The notes below the pieces were generated by a model. It had not been told where the DNA came from, searched no databases, and worked only from the letters and a program-made list of their open reading frames with translations. The translations under genes were made by a program, and so were the position numbers. A stretch of DNA of 64,000 nt from Antechinus flavipes (taxonomy: Eukaryota), in assembly GCF_016432865.1 (NCBI RefSeq), contig NC_067401.1, positions 387,748,001 through 387,812,000 of the forward strand, read 5' to 3'. Every line of letters starts with the position of its first letter. The stretch's first letter is position 1. Positions 1 through 12,860 of the stretch are shown here, piece by piece.

Positions 1-77
1 GAAAGGTTCTGAGATCTCCAAGATGAAGCAGTAATGCCAGGAGACACATTATCTAAGGATTCTCAATACTTTGAATA

Positions 78-320
78 GATAGCTGGTGGTACAATGTATA
101 ATATTAGACTTGGAGCAAGGAACACATGAGTTTAAATCTGACTTCAGATACATTGTCTGTGTGACCTGGAAAAATCATTTTACCTCTTTCTGCCTCAATT
201 TCCTCAATTGTAATTTGGAGATGAAAACAGCATATGCTTCCCGGGGTTATTGTGAATATCATATCACATGATAATTGTAAAGCATACTGCACACTTTAAA
301 GCACTCCATAAATGCTAATT
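78..320 (+). mobile_element. MIR/CORE-SINE, degraded
   Basis: tRNA-like head followed by the CORE motif (gcctcaatttcctcaattgtaa) and MIR-type tail (aaagcactccataaatgct). Confidence 0.75.
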
Positions 321-2289
321 ATTTTTATATTAGAATTCTCATATTATATTATTATTATAAAACTAATAGTAGATTTGGGCAAATGACCAACTTTTTACAT
401 GATTCTTTAGGCTCTCTCCCAGAAAAATCTCCTGGCTTTCAAAAAGCAATTTCTACAAAGCAGTACTTGCCAGGATCCTTTCAAATCCTTCTTGCTGAAA
501 TGTGGCTCCACCTGGGAATAGGTGTGTTTAACCATATAGCCCACCCAAAGCTTATCCATCTAACCAGCATCATGTCCTCAGGTTCCCCAATTACTGCATC
601 TTTGTAAGTCTGACTGACTAACCTAGAATGGAAACTGAAGCGTTCCAGGGTCCTCCTCAAAGGCAGCCAAAGCAGCATCTGCTCTCCAGATTTTGCCATT
701 TCAGAAGCACCTTCTGCTGATGAGGACCCTGTGCCAATGGGCGAGAGCTTCTTTTGAACTTGGAAAGCTGCCTGCTGAGTCTGTGAAATCTATAAGAAAG
801 CCTGCAGCAAAGTTTTCCTTGGATTACCCACAAGTATTCCAATAATACTCATTTATGTTTCATGCACCTAATTTATCAGAACCCAGAATTTCTTGTGGAT
901 CATTATTATTGTCTGATGGGAGAACCAGAAGTACATAGATTTGCATCTGGAAGTGACCTCTGTACTAATCAAATTCAATCCCCTCATTTCACAGAGGAGG
1001 AAACAGAGAAATTAAATGACCCCAAATTCCCTAATGTGATTGTTGAGACACCCCTCTCCCTCTCCCTCCCCGACTCAGAGCACTCTCAGTTGGGTGAAGG
1101 AATCAGATTCCTGCTTTGTGACTTCCATTCCGGGAGAAGAGAGAGGTAATATACAAATGAGAAAAATCTTTTAAAATGCAAATGAGAGAAACATGTAGGC
1201 ATATACCTTGTGACCTTAGGCAAGTCATATTCCTCTGTAAAATAAAAGGATGGCTCTAAATAATCTCAAAGACTCCTAAGTGTAAAATCTATGTAAAGCC
1301 TAACTCAGTAGCTAGATAGAGAAATGCACATCTGTATCAAGGAAGCTCTTGAAGTAACTGAATCAATAAGAAAGCATGAGGGGTGTGTGTATATGTGTGT
1401 GCACTTGGACTTGCATGTATACACCATTTCTTCTTTCACTCATGCTCATGTCTTTTTCCCATCCCAGAAAAGACCTAGGTCTACCAGTTCAGGAAGTTGC
1501 TATCCTTGCTGGATTTGAGAAGAAATCAAGAGGTGTAGTAGAGGAAGTATTGGACTTCATGTCAGAATTACCTAGGTTAGAATTATCTCTCAGTTCTTAC
1601 TAGCTATGTTACATAATCTATAAAATGGAAATAATGATAAAAACCTATCTTACAAAGTTGTGTGGATCCAGCGAAGTAATATGTAACAAGAACTTTGCTA
1701 ACCTTAAATTGAAGGAATGAATGGCTTAATGAAGAGCATTTAAGTGCTTCCTATGAGCTAGGCTCTATGCTATAAATACACTTGTGAACTATGACTATTA
1801 TTCATATTTTTAAGGGTATTGGCTCTGATAAAAAATGATTCCTAGTCCCAAAAGTATTATTCTTAAAAAGAAACCCCAAAAATCCTTCTAGAAAAAAGTC
1901 ATATAATTCTCTTTTTAAATTTTTAAAATTTATTTTAGTTTTCCAAGTATGAACTTCTTCTGCAAGGCAGAGGCTATGTCTTGTTGTTCTGTCTGAATAC
2001 TGTGAATGCTCATTCATAATAAAGCAGGCAACTCCTGGTGTTTCACTAAGAAATTGGAAACATGATGTCATCAGTCCTCTCCTCAGTCTTACCCCACACT
2101 AATTACTTGAGGGACATCTAAGGAAGAACAGACTCTTCAGGGCTACTGGAAAGAATAAACACATAGAATAAATGGAAGGGATGTGGTAAGGACTGGTGCT
2201 AGAGAAATGCTGAGAAAGTTCATCATTCTCATTATCTGCTTAGTGGCAGGTCTGAGGTCATCCCAGAATGGTAGCCTGTCTTTTTTAAG

Positions 2290-3880
2290 GTTTACTAGGC
2301 TTTGTGATTTAGAGTTTTGAGTTCCAAATTCTATCCCTCCCCCCTTCCTGAAATGATAAACAATCAGATATAGGTTATACAATGCAATTATGTGAAACAT
2401 TTCCACATTAGTCATTTTTGTACAAGAAGACTTGAACAAAAAGAAAAAAAGGAAAAAAATAAAAAAATTGCATGATTAGATTTTCATTCAATCAATATCA
2501 ATTCTTTCTCTAGAGGCAGATAGTATGCTTCATTAGTTCTTTGGAATTGCCTGGAATCATAAGTTACTCGCAATTCATTATTGAACAATATTGTTGTTAT
2601 GACATTCTCCTTATTCTGCTCACTTCCCTATGCATCAATTCATGTTAAGTCTTTTCAGGTTTTTCTGAAATCATCCTGCTCATTTCTTATACCACAATAA
2701 TATTTCATTACAATCATATACCACAGCTTGCTTAGCCATTCTCCAGTTGATAGACATCCCACCAATGTCTAATTCTTAGCCACTATAAAAAGAATTGCTA
2801 TAAATATTTTTGTACAAATAGTTTCTTTCCCTCTTTTTTGGATGACTTTGAAATACAGACCTAGCAGTGGTATTGCTGGATCAAAGATTATACTGTTTTA
2901 GAGCCATTTGGGTATCATTCCGAATTGCTTTCCAAAATGGGGCTGAATCAGTACACAACTCTACCAACAGACTGTTAGTGTGCCAGTTTTCCCACATGTC
3001 CTCCAACATCCTATATTTTCCTTTTTTGTTATATTTTCCATTTTGTCACTCTGATATATGTGATATACTAAAATACTCCCTTAGAATTGCTTTAGTTGCA
3101 TTTCTCTGATCAATAGTGATTTAGAACATTTTTTCATATGATTATAGATACTTTGATTTCTTTGGCAGAAAACTCCCTGTGCATATTCTTTTACTATTTA
3201 TCAGTTGGGGAGTGACTTGTATTTTTATAATTTTGACTTTTCTAAATATTTGAGAATTGAAGCCTTTATAAGAGATACTTGTTACAAAATCCCCTCCCCC
3301 CCCCAGTTTTCTGCTTTCCTTATCATGTTGGTTGCATTGGTTTTGTTCATGCAAAGTCTTTTAATTTTTATATACTCAAAATTATCCATTTGACATTTTG
3401 TAATATGCTGTATATATTCTTTGATCCTATATTCTTCCCTTATCCATAAATCTTACAGATAAACTATTTCATGCTCTCTTAATTTGCATATAGTATAATC
3501 CTTTATGTGGAAATCATGGATACATTTTGACCTTATCTTATAGAGAATGTGAAATATTGATCTATAGCTAGTTTCTTATTTTCCAGTTTTCCCAGCAGTT
3601 TTTGTTAAATACCGAGTTTCTGTTCCAAAAGCTTATATCTTAGGATTTATCATATATTAGATTACTATGGTCATTTACTAAAATGTAATTTGTGCTTAAT
3701 TTATTCCACTGACTCACCACTCTTAGTGGGTATCTAAATCAGTACCAGATTGTTTGGATAATTACCACATTATAATACAGTTTGAGACCAAATACACCTT
3801 TTTAAAAGCATTTTTCATAGATTCCCTTAATATATTTGAACTTTTGTTCTTCTGGATGAATTTTGTTATTCTTTTTTTCT
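2290..3880 (-). mobile_element. L1 fragment (ORF2 3' end and 3' UTR)
   Basis: Reverse complement of the L1 ORF2 C-terminus and 3' UTR seen on + at 15.8, 53.1 and 58.2 kb (e.g. gtattgctggatcaaag, tttcccacatgtcctccaaca). Confidence 0.85.
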
Positions 3881-4712
3881 AGGGTAGCCTGACTTTTCCA
3901 GCTGCCTGTCAGGGAGGCCTGGGAATGTAGAGTCTTTCTGGCTTTCTGGCTCTGGTCTTAAATGAAACTCAGCAGTCAAGCAATCTCCACTGTCTCCTCC
4001 TTACAGGGGAAAGAGCCCAAAAAAAAGACAAGGGAAAAAAGGAAATGCTTAAGTCATTGGGATATGAGTACCCTTCTGAGGAAGCCAATCTAACCTCAAA
4101 GGGAGTTTGGGCAAGGAACAATATCTCACATTTCTGCAGCTCTTCAAGGTTTCTTCACAACAACTCTGAATTATTCTAATTTTAATATCTAATAATTTAT
4201 TATTATATATATAAATTAATAATTTATATAAATAAATTTAATATCTAATAATACAATTATTGTTCTAATTTTATAGATGAGGAAACTGAGAACTGAACAG
4301 GTAAAAGTTCTTTGTCCCAGATCATATTATAATACAAGGTAGAGGCTGGATTTGTACTTGGGTTTTCTGACTCCAAATCCATAAATCTTTCTACTCAATA
4401 TCACACATATAAGTGATAGCTATAGGAAGTGGGGCCCCAAGGTCTCATTGAGAATAGAGTAATATTCCCAGAATAGGCTAGACAAATTCCCAAAATGAAC
4501 AGAATCTCAACTATGGTTATTCCTCATTCACCTCCACCCTTGAGGGCACCAAACTGTACAGATTATAATCCTGTAATTGAAACCTAATTTCAGCCAATGT
4601 ACATTGAATAATCCAAGGCAGTCAAGCAAAGAACATGATGGTAGGGAGGCAGCGGGTGTCTTTCAGTAACTGTGCATGCTATTTATGGGAGATAGAAATA
4701 AGGTAATTTGCA

Positions 4713-4877
4713 GGGCAAGTAGGTGGTGCAATGGATAAAGCACCAGCCCTGAAGTCAGGAAGACCTGAGTTCAAATCTGATCTCAGATACCTAACACTTC
4801 CTAGCTGTGTAACCCTGGGCAAGTCACTTAACCCCAATTGCCTCAGGGGAAAAAAAGGAAAGAAAAAGAAAAGAAAC
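4713..4877 (+). mobile_element. WSINE1-type SINE with poly(A) and TSD
   Basis: tRNA-derived head with A/B boxes (gccctgaagtcaggaagacctgagttcaaat), A tail, and 14-bp TSD aataaggtaatttg (4697) / aacaaggtgatttg (4878). Confidence 0.9.
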
Positions 4878-5299
4878 AACAAGGTGATTTGGGACCATGG
4901 AGGGGGAAACAGAGTTCCTGGCTACTGTCTCCATCATGTAGATATGAAATTAAAAGAAAAAAAAAAAACTAGACTGATGGCTCCATAACTACTGTAGCTT
5001 GTCCAAGGCTTTGCCCTATGGTTGGGGAAATTTATAGGGTGCTGCCAACATTCATTCTTCAGCAGGATAGTAACAACTTAGGTGGGCAACTAGTTAGCAG
5101 GCAAATTAATTAAAATAGGGAACTACAAGGTGGCAGACATTTCCTTTCCCTGGAAGCCATTCCCCCAGCTGGTCTGAAACCTGGTCTCACAATTCTCAGT
5201 GAGTACTGAGTAGCAATGACCCCAGGTCTCTGCCAAGACTATGAATAAGGACTTTTGAAGGACTGTAAGATTTCCAGTAAAAAGGGAGAAGACAAAGTG

Positions 5300-5870
5300 A
5301 AAATAGATTTAATAAAAAAAGGGAAACTATATATAAGCCATATTAATTAATATTGTTTTAGATTATTTACAATAACTAGACAGTAGAAGGTTGTAATATT
5401 GCTATGGTATAAGAAATGATGAATTGATGGAGATAGAAAAATATGGAAAGATTTTATGAAGGAAGATGTTATCCAACTTCAGAGAAACAAGTGGACATCT
5501 TACATAAATATATACAAATAGGTAAGTATAAATACAGGTATCTATGTATATGTGTATTTGTACATATATGTGTATGCATGTATATATTGTATATTATGTA
5601 TGGGTGTGTATATGTATATATACATCTATTTGCACTTAATTATAGTCTTGGGGGAGTTGGGGGAAAGGAATAAAGCGTACACAGCAGAGAACAAAAGAAA
5701 ATCTACACGAAACAAAGATGGACAGCTCTGAACACAATGTGGAGCCTTTATTATATATATATATTTCTTGAAATGGAAATTTATTGCTTCATATTTTGAA
5801 TCCTATCATGTTTTGCTATGTACAAGACAATGTTTTCTTCTTTTTTTCTTTTGTATTTAAGTTGGAAATA
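5300..5870 (+). mobile_element. old L1 3' UTR fragment with internal (TA/TG)n tract
   Basis: L1-like aagaaatgatgaa...atggaaagattttatgaa and tail aaatggaaatttattgcttcatattttgaatc. Confidence 0.6.
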
Positions 5871-6856
5871 ATTAAAGAAACTGAAAAACAAAACAAAGCC
5901 AGGAAGGAGAAACTGGGGGCAAAAGAAAGCTTTTTGAAGAGTGCAGAATGAGAGGGTTGCAGGGGCCAACCCAGGGTTTTTATCTCACTCCTCTGCCCCT
6001 CACACACATTACTTTGCTCCACAGCTCTACAGCCCATTTTCAAATCCATTTCTTGGCCGGGCTTGGGCTTCCTTCCACTGAGAACAGACAACGGATCTTT
6101 CCAATGAAGAGCTGTTCTGAAATTCCTGCAGATTTGGGACAAGAAGAGCCCAGGGACCGGGGCTGGATTCTGTGAGACAATGTTTCCCTCTGCTGGCGGA
6201 TGTAGGAGAAATTCAGACAAAATAAGAGCCCTGTTTCATCACTTTTAAGATTCATCCTTAGAAGAGTCGCAAAGGGTCTTTAGCAACATCTCGCATCTAT
6301 TTTACAGATAAGAACACTGAGCCCCAGTTTGGTGAAATGACTTGCCTGACATCACACATGTGATCAGCAGAATTTAGATTCAATGCTTTTTCCTTGGTAG
6401 AACACAGATTCTCCTTTCCTAGCTTAGATGCTTTGAAATCCCTTATTAAATAAACTTCAGTTTTTGGATGACCCCAGGCCCCGAAGAGACAGAGTTCCTC
6501 GGATGCTGCCCTTGTCTTCTCATTCTCCTCAGTATAGCCTGTCTGTAAAAAGTTTTGCCAGTTGGTAACTGGGTCCTTGTTTATAGATCTTTGTGTCTTA
6601 GCTTAACACCACACATCAGAGAAGCACACATAACCCCTCAAGTATGAAAGTACAAATATTTAATTTTTAATATAGTGATGTTTATCTCTCCCCTGTGTAT
6701 ACACTGTCGCCGTCACCACTCTTGGTACTTAGCAGATCTCACCTTATTGTCAAGTCAAGCCAAGTCAGCAGGCATTTATTAAACTTACTATGTGCCAGGC
6801 ATTGTGTTAAGTAAACACAAATGCAGCCAGAAAGAAAAAGACTCCCTGCCCTAAGT

Positions 6857-7046
6857 AGATAGAGTATTGGGTTCACAGTCAGGAATATCTGAATTCAAAT
6901 TCTGCCTCAGACACTTACTTGCAGTGTGACTTCAGGCTAGTCACTTACTGGCTATTTCCCTTAGTTTCTTCAGCTGTAAAAAGGGGATAATTATAGCAGC
7001 ACCCACTTTCTGGAGGGATTGTGAGGATCAAATGAGATATTTGTAA
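6857..7046 (+). mobile_element. MIR/CORE-SINE running into a gap
   Basis: gaattcaaattctgcctcagacacttac...cttcagctgtaaaa...gtgaggatcaaatgagat. Confidence 0.8.
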
Positions 7047-7438
7047 NNNNNNNNNNNNNNNNNNNNNNNNNNNNNNNNNNNNNNNNNNNNNNNNNNNNNN
7101 NNNNNNNNNNNNNNNNNNNNNNNNNNNNNNNNNNNNNNNNNNNNNNNNNNNNNNNNNNNNNNNNNNNNNNNNNNNNNNNNNNNNNNNNNNNNNNNNNNNN
7201 NNNNNNNNNNNNNNNNNNNNNNNNNNNNNNNNNNNNNNNNNNNNNNNNNNNNNNNNNNNNNNNNNNNNNNNNNNNNNNNNNNNNNNNNNNNNNNNNNNNN
7301 NNNNNNNNNNNNNNNNNNNNNNNNNNNNNNNNNNNNNNNNNNNNNNNNNNNNNNNNNNNNNNNNNNNNNNNNNNNNNNNNNNNNNNNNNNNNNNNNNNNN
7401 NNNNNNNNNNNNNNNNNNNNNNNNNNNNNNNNNNNNNN
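7047..7438. other. N-run (gap or mask)
   Basis: Uninterrupted Ns. Confidence 0.99.
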
Positions 7439-7910
7439 TTCTTCCTCACTAAAGGATAGAAGATAATACATGTGAAGAAGTTGAAAAGGGGATAGGGAAA
7501 GAGATGTAGGTACCTGGAAAAGAATGCATTGTAGAGAAATTCTGGGAAAGTCAGGAGTACAGCCTGGAGAAAAATAAAGCTTTTTCCTTAAAAGGGAGGT
7601 TCTAGAAGAAAGCAGCCAATCAGGGGGAGAACTGCAGGGGTTAGGGCACTTCAAACACAGATAATATAGGATTAGACTGAAATTCCAAGGTGAAGAAGTA
7701 TCTGGAGGGATTATAAAGTTCAGGAGAGTAAAAAAAAGCAACCTGGAGAGGATTTCTATACTTCTAGGTATCTTTTCATAGTTTTATGCCATCTCTCTAG
7801 GATTATAAGAGTGATAAAGGCGAGAGCTATGTATATTTTAAGATCATATATTTAGAGTTGGAAGGGCTGAAATATTGCATTTCCTACAATGTTGTTGGTC
7901 AGCTTAATAA

Positions 7911-8051
7911 TTTTTTTTTTTTGGCTGAGGCAATTGGGGTTAAGTGACTTGTCCAGGGTCACACAGTTAGGAATGTCTGAGACCAGATTTGAACTCAGTT
8001 CCTCCTGACTTCAAGGCTGGTGCTCTATCCACTGTGCCACCGAGCTGTCCC
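7911..8051 (-). mobile_element. WSINE1-type SINE
   Basis: Poly(T), then the reverse complement of the WSINE1 body, ending gagctgtccc. Confidence 0.9.
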
Positions 8052-9166
8052 ATAAATAGGATTTTTTAAAAAGTCATTTCTTCTATATACAATGTCTCCA
8101 TCTAAACTAGAAATTCTCTAAAGGCAGGGTCTAAATTCTCTGTTCTCTCTCCCCACTCTGCCTGATAAGTGCTTCTTCCACATTATACTATTTCTGTATA
8201 TCTTCTTCTCTGTAGTTTTGTTGCAATACTCATCTTCTAATGAGTTATAAGGAGCTCTTCCCAGCCAGCCTTCCTATTTACCATCATCTCTCTCAGAAAA
8301 TTCCCATTTATGCCAGTGATCACTGTTGGTTTTCCTTTAGCAATGCCATCAGTGAGGGAGATGAAACCTAACCAGAATTACATAAGGTCTCAACTCTTGC
8401 TTGCTTCAGTTTAAGTAACCATAGATTTTAATCAACTTTATCTATCTGCAAACTATGGAGAAAAAGCTATTTTGATCTTGCCACAGGGATAGAGAAACAT
8501 TGACATTCAGAGACTGTGACTGAGATCCTTAACGGTAGGAAATATTCTGCTTTCTCCAATATAGTCAAGCATAGGTTTTCCAAGAAAATCTGAGATAGCC
8601 AAGAAGACCCTTTGGGTGGAGAAAACAGCTGAATGATTTCCCTCTGGAGATTAAATGTCCTGAAATCAACGTTGATGAGGAGTCCATTAGTTACCCTGTA
8701 TGTGCATGTGACTGTACATGTGTGTGGATATACACATGTGTGCCTATGCACATATGGGCAAGCACACACCCACATCCATACCCACATGTAAACCCAGGCT
8801 ATCTCTAATAACCTGTGGGATTGGCAGGATTGTAGCTAAAAGGTCAACTAGATAGAACACCATAGGGAGAGAAAAGCAAGTTGCCTTCTCTTTTCTATCT
8901 GCTTGTCATAGTCATACCACAGACTCCATTTTATTCTCACTCTATTTGCAAGTGTCTCAACCTCCCCTCCAGCCTTTTTAGTGAAAGGTAGCAACATAAG
9001 GGGACTCAGGCTATATCTTACATATTCTAAAGGGAAAAAGGCATTGGATTTAAAGTACTATTGAAGAAATGCCTTCCACTAATGGAGCTTGGCCCAGTGT
9101 CTATTGCACTGAGACACAATGTTCACATGGCTAGGATGTGTCAGAGGTTGGACTTGAACCCGGGAC

Positions 9167-9262
9167 TCTCTGTCTCCCATGTCATGCTGCCTCTCTGGCT
9201 TCATGGGTACAATGGGTTCTCTTCTACCTAGTGAGGCAGGAGCATGACATGGGAGACAGAGA
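9167..9262. repeat. Perfect 22-bp inverted repeat (hairpin) from a SINE head
   Basis: tctctgtctcccatgtcatgct (9167-9188) is the exact reverse complement of 9241-9262; gcctc/gaggc extends the stem past a 3-nt bulge. Confidence 0.9.
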
Positions 9263-9394
9263 TCTGGTCTCAATATGTTTGCATAAATATAAAATTCACA
9301 TGTATACCTGTGTATATGTGGGTATATTTGTATAATATTGGGAAAGGAGTGCAATGCAAAACAAAAAGTATCAATAAAAATCAGATGGTTTTTT

Positions 9395-9555
9395 GTTATT
9401 GTTGCTATTCAGTTATGTCTGACTCCTTGTGATCCCTTGGACTACAGTATCTTTTGCTATCTCCCCAAGTCTATCCAAATTCACGTTCATTGCTTCCACA
9501 GCACTTTATATCCATCTCATCCTCTGCCATCCCTTTGGCCTTTTGCTTTCAATCA
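9395..9555 (-). mobile_element. RTE/BovB-type 3' tail fragment
   Basis: catctcatcctctgccatccct...gctttcaatc and cagttatgtctgactc match the reverse complement of the BovB/MAR1-type tail. Confidence 0.65.
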
Positions 9556-9883
9556 TTATTTATTTATAACAAATTTTATGATGATTTATTTTATTATTTA
9601 TTTATAATTCTAGAGTTTGTATCTTTAATAAATTTCCACAAGCACTTTAAATGTGTGTTGAAGTGAATGGGACATAAAAGAGAACTAATCTTTTTTATTG
9701 TCAATGTGGGACAGAATTCTGCTAAAGAGAGAGGGCAGAAAGGATGAGATTTGTTCCCTGGACCCCATACTGATACAGCAATGAGACAAAGAGACAGAGA
9801 GAAGGAATATGATTTGGTGTTTCCATTTACTTCCTGCTCCAAATTTTCAACACTCTCATCCTATCCTTGGCCCAGATACTCAC

Positions 9884-10140
9884 CGGGGACCCCTCTACAA
9901 GCTGCTGTCCTCCTAAGTCAATCTTGATATAACTCCCCCACCCAGACAGAGAGACAGAGCCAGATGGTACCCCAGAAGTTGGCACAGAAGCACTCATCAG
10001 AGCCCTCCAAGCTGTGGTCCTCCTCCCTCCATGCACCCGGGGTCCCATCTGGCTTCCAGATCTGCTCCTGCCTGCTGGCTTCCTTTACGGAAACACCTTT
10101 TTCCTGCCTCATTGGTTTGTGGTGTTTCCTGCACAGGAAG
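9884..10140 (-). other. Candidate alternative first (or 5' UTR) exon of the minus-strand gene
   Basis: Unique, GC-richer sequence with strong donor CCG|GTGAGT at 9884/9883. An acceptor-like ctcttcctgtgcag|G sits at 10128. All three frames read from 10128 hit stops, but the frame from ATG 10048 stays open to the donor. Confidence 0.55.
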
Positions 10141-10161
10141 AGAACCCTTTGATTCGGAAGA

Positions 10162-10201
10162 GTTATTTATAACCTGCCTCCTTCTAGGCCTCACTGATTG
10201 G
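10162..10201 (-). promoter_or_regulatory. TATA/MEF2 element plus CCAAT box
   Basis: Minus strand TTATAAATAA (10163-10172) fits both the TATA and YTAWWWWTAR consensus; CCAAT at 10197-10201; spacing fits a start near 10140. Confidence 0.5.
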
Positions 10202-10789
10202 GAAGGGCTTCAGGGTTCAGCCCTTTCTCTGGGACATAGCCATAAAGTCAAAAGAGCAGGGAACAATGAATGGGGTCAGGGAGTCTTGAGATTTCATTAT
10301 CCAGCCTTCAAAACTCCTCCTAACTTCCCAATTTTTTTTGTTAATGGGACCACCATTTTCCCAATTGTCTGAGATACCAGAATTACTTTTGTTTTCCCTA
10401 TCTCCTTTAGCCTTCCATATATATCAGTTACCAAGTCTTGGGTTCTTGGTCACTGATCTTGGAGTCTCAGGTCCTCACCTTGAATCAGAGCTCTGCTAAC
10501 TGTAGGACTATGGACAAGTCATTTTACCTCTGTGGGCCTCAGTTGGACTTGGACTAGATGGCCTCTAAGATTCCTCTAGGCTTTCTATCTGTAATCCTGC
10601 AGCCATCTCTTCCTTTCCATGGCTGTCACTCCCCTAGCTCAGATCCTTACCACTTCACTTTTAGGTCATTGTAGTAGACACTGAATTGCTCTCCCAGCCT
10701 TCAGCCTCTCCTCCTTCAGCACATCTTATATACCATTGTGTTATCTAGATGTGATTTCATTGATATACAGCATCCTCCATGAGTAGATT

Positions 10790-11560
10790 CCTTCTCCCAA
10801 TGCAGATCAGAATCGGGGATGTCCCCATTGATAATAAGATTGACACATACATTGCCAGAGATAGCTTAATGCTTGGAAGACTCCAAAGGAAAGTGGGGGA
10901 GAGGACAGGTATTAGACTGACTATCAAGCTGAAGGTCTACAGAGCCATTGTGCTGACTTCATTATTATATACCAGTGAATCCTGGACAATACACCAGCAC
11001 CATGCCAGGAAACTGAATCGCTTCCATTTGAATTGAATCAGGAAAATTCTGAAGATCATTTACCAGGAAAAGATACCAGACACTGAGGTCCTTTCTCAAA
11101 CTAAACTGCCAAGCATTTCAGCTCTGTTGCAGAAAGCGCAACTCCGTTGGGCTGGCCACATTATGTGAATGCCAAATGTATGCTCATCAAAAAGCATTTT
11201 GTGGGCAAGCCATCACAAGGGGGTCAGAAAAAGAAATACAAGAACATTCTCAAGATGTCTCAAGAACTTTATGACATGGGAGACACTGGTACAGGACTGC
11301 CCACCCAGCATAGCATACCCACATCAGAGAAGGTACTGTGCTCTAGGAGCAAAGCAGAATTGAATTAACTCAGAAGAAACACGAAATATGCAAAGTTAGA
11401 GAAGCCACCCCACATGTTTATAGAGACTATGTATCTAACTTGTGGCACAGCATTCTGAGCTTGTTTTGATCTGATCACCCACAGATGGACTCTGTAAGTG
11501 GATTCTAATGTAACGTATCAGTTTGGTCCACTTTGAGAATGAAGGACAACAATCAAACCA
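10790..11560 (+). mobile_element. RTE-clade LINE 3' part (RTE-1/RTE1_Mars-like)
   Basis: ORF 10779-11036 gives IRLTIKLKVYRAIVLTSLLYTSESWTIHQHHARKLNRFHLN, the RTE RT C-terminal region; frameshifts and stops; tail gaaggacaacaatcaaacca. Confidence 0.9.
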
Positions 11561-12644
11561 AACTGTACCAAATCTAAGGACACTGAAAAGTTAAAAAAAA
11601 AAAAAAAAGAACTTGCCCAGAAAAGAACACAGAGACAGTGTTTCTCAGAGACAAAATTAATCAGTTTAAAATGCCACTTTCATGATATCATGATATCCCC
11701 TTGTTCAAAAACCTTTGATGGCTCCCTACCGGGTCTACAAGATAAAATCCAAATTTACAATGTAGCATTCATGGACCTCCTCAGTCTGGTCCATTTTGTC
11801 TCCCATCACCTCTCCAACCTGATCCCTTTGCTCCCATCAGGCCCATTTACTTGCTCTCTCAAACATTCCTTGTGACTTCCTGCTTCCCTTCCTTTGTTCA
11901 CAAAGCATAATTTTTACTGACAATACCTTCTTTCTTTGCACCTTGATGCTAACTTTCCTTTAAGCCCCAGTTGCAATGTGGCCTTCAGTAGTGGAGATTA
12001 TCTATTGGTGATTCCAAGTCACAGCATTGCCTTCCCTTTCCGAGTTCAAAATATTCAGAAGCCAATTTGATGGAATTCAATAAGCATTTTTCAAAGATCT
12101 TACTTGTACAAGGATCTGCACTGGATATTGGTATACAATGGTGAGAAAATGACATATTGCCTGTCCTCAGGAAACTTGAAATTCAAAAACAGAGAATATA
12201 ACAAATACACAATTAAAAACAATACAGTATAGAGGAAAAAAGGGAAGAGGTGTGGGATAATATAGTGGGCAGGATCTGAAGTCAGAAGACTCACATTAGA
12301 GTATGGCCACTGACACTGGATTTATAACTTTGGGTAAGGTACTTAAGTGAATGAGATTCATAAAGTGATTCTCAATGTGTGCATCTGTGAAATGCTGATA
12401 ATGATGCTTATACTATCTACCCCACAAAGATATTAGGTAAGTACTTTGTAGAACTTAAAAAGTAATCTATATTCACCAAAATACTTTATAGTAACACTTT
12501 TCTTGTAGTGGTCAAGAATCAGAAGCAAAGTAGATGCCCATTGATCTGGGAAGGACTAAATAAAATGTGATACATGGATGTATAGATTTATTGATATTTT
12601 GTAATAACAATAATGACAATAATAACAATAGCTGGCATTTTTTA

Positions 12645-12860
12645 TTGTCAGTGGATAGAGTGTAGCCTGGAATCAGAAAGAACTGAATCACAACCTGGCT
12701 TTAAACACTTACTATCTGTATGTCTTTGGGAAAGTCCCTTACGTCTGTTTGCCTCAGTTTCCTCATCTGTGAAATGAGCTAAAGAAGGAAATGGCAAACC
12801 ACTCCAGTATCTTTGGCAAGAAAACCCCAAAATGGGGTCACCAAGACCAATAATAACAAC
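12645..12860 (+). mobile_element. MAR1-type CORE-SINE
   Basis: CORE followed by the BovB-like tail gaaggaaatggcaaaccactccagtatctttggcaagaaaacccc. Confidence 0.85.

Noticed and set aside
604-626. GTAAGT, TGACTAAC and TAG packed into 23 nt like a micro-intron; removing it would keep a reading frame open
   Set aside because: Far below the minimum vertebrate intron size, and the branch point is only ~5 nt from the AG
5816-6255. 134-aa and 71-aa minus-strand ORFs with acceptor-like sites
   Set aside because: No recognisable homology, weak donor, and the longer ORF runs into L1-derived low-complexity sequence
10779-11368. Protein-like ORFs
   Set aside because: Disrupted RTE reverse-transcriptase remnants, not a host gene
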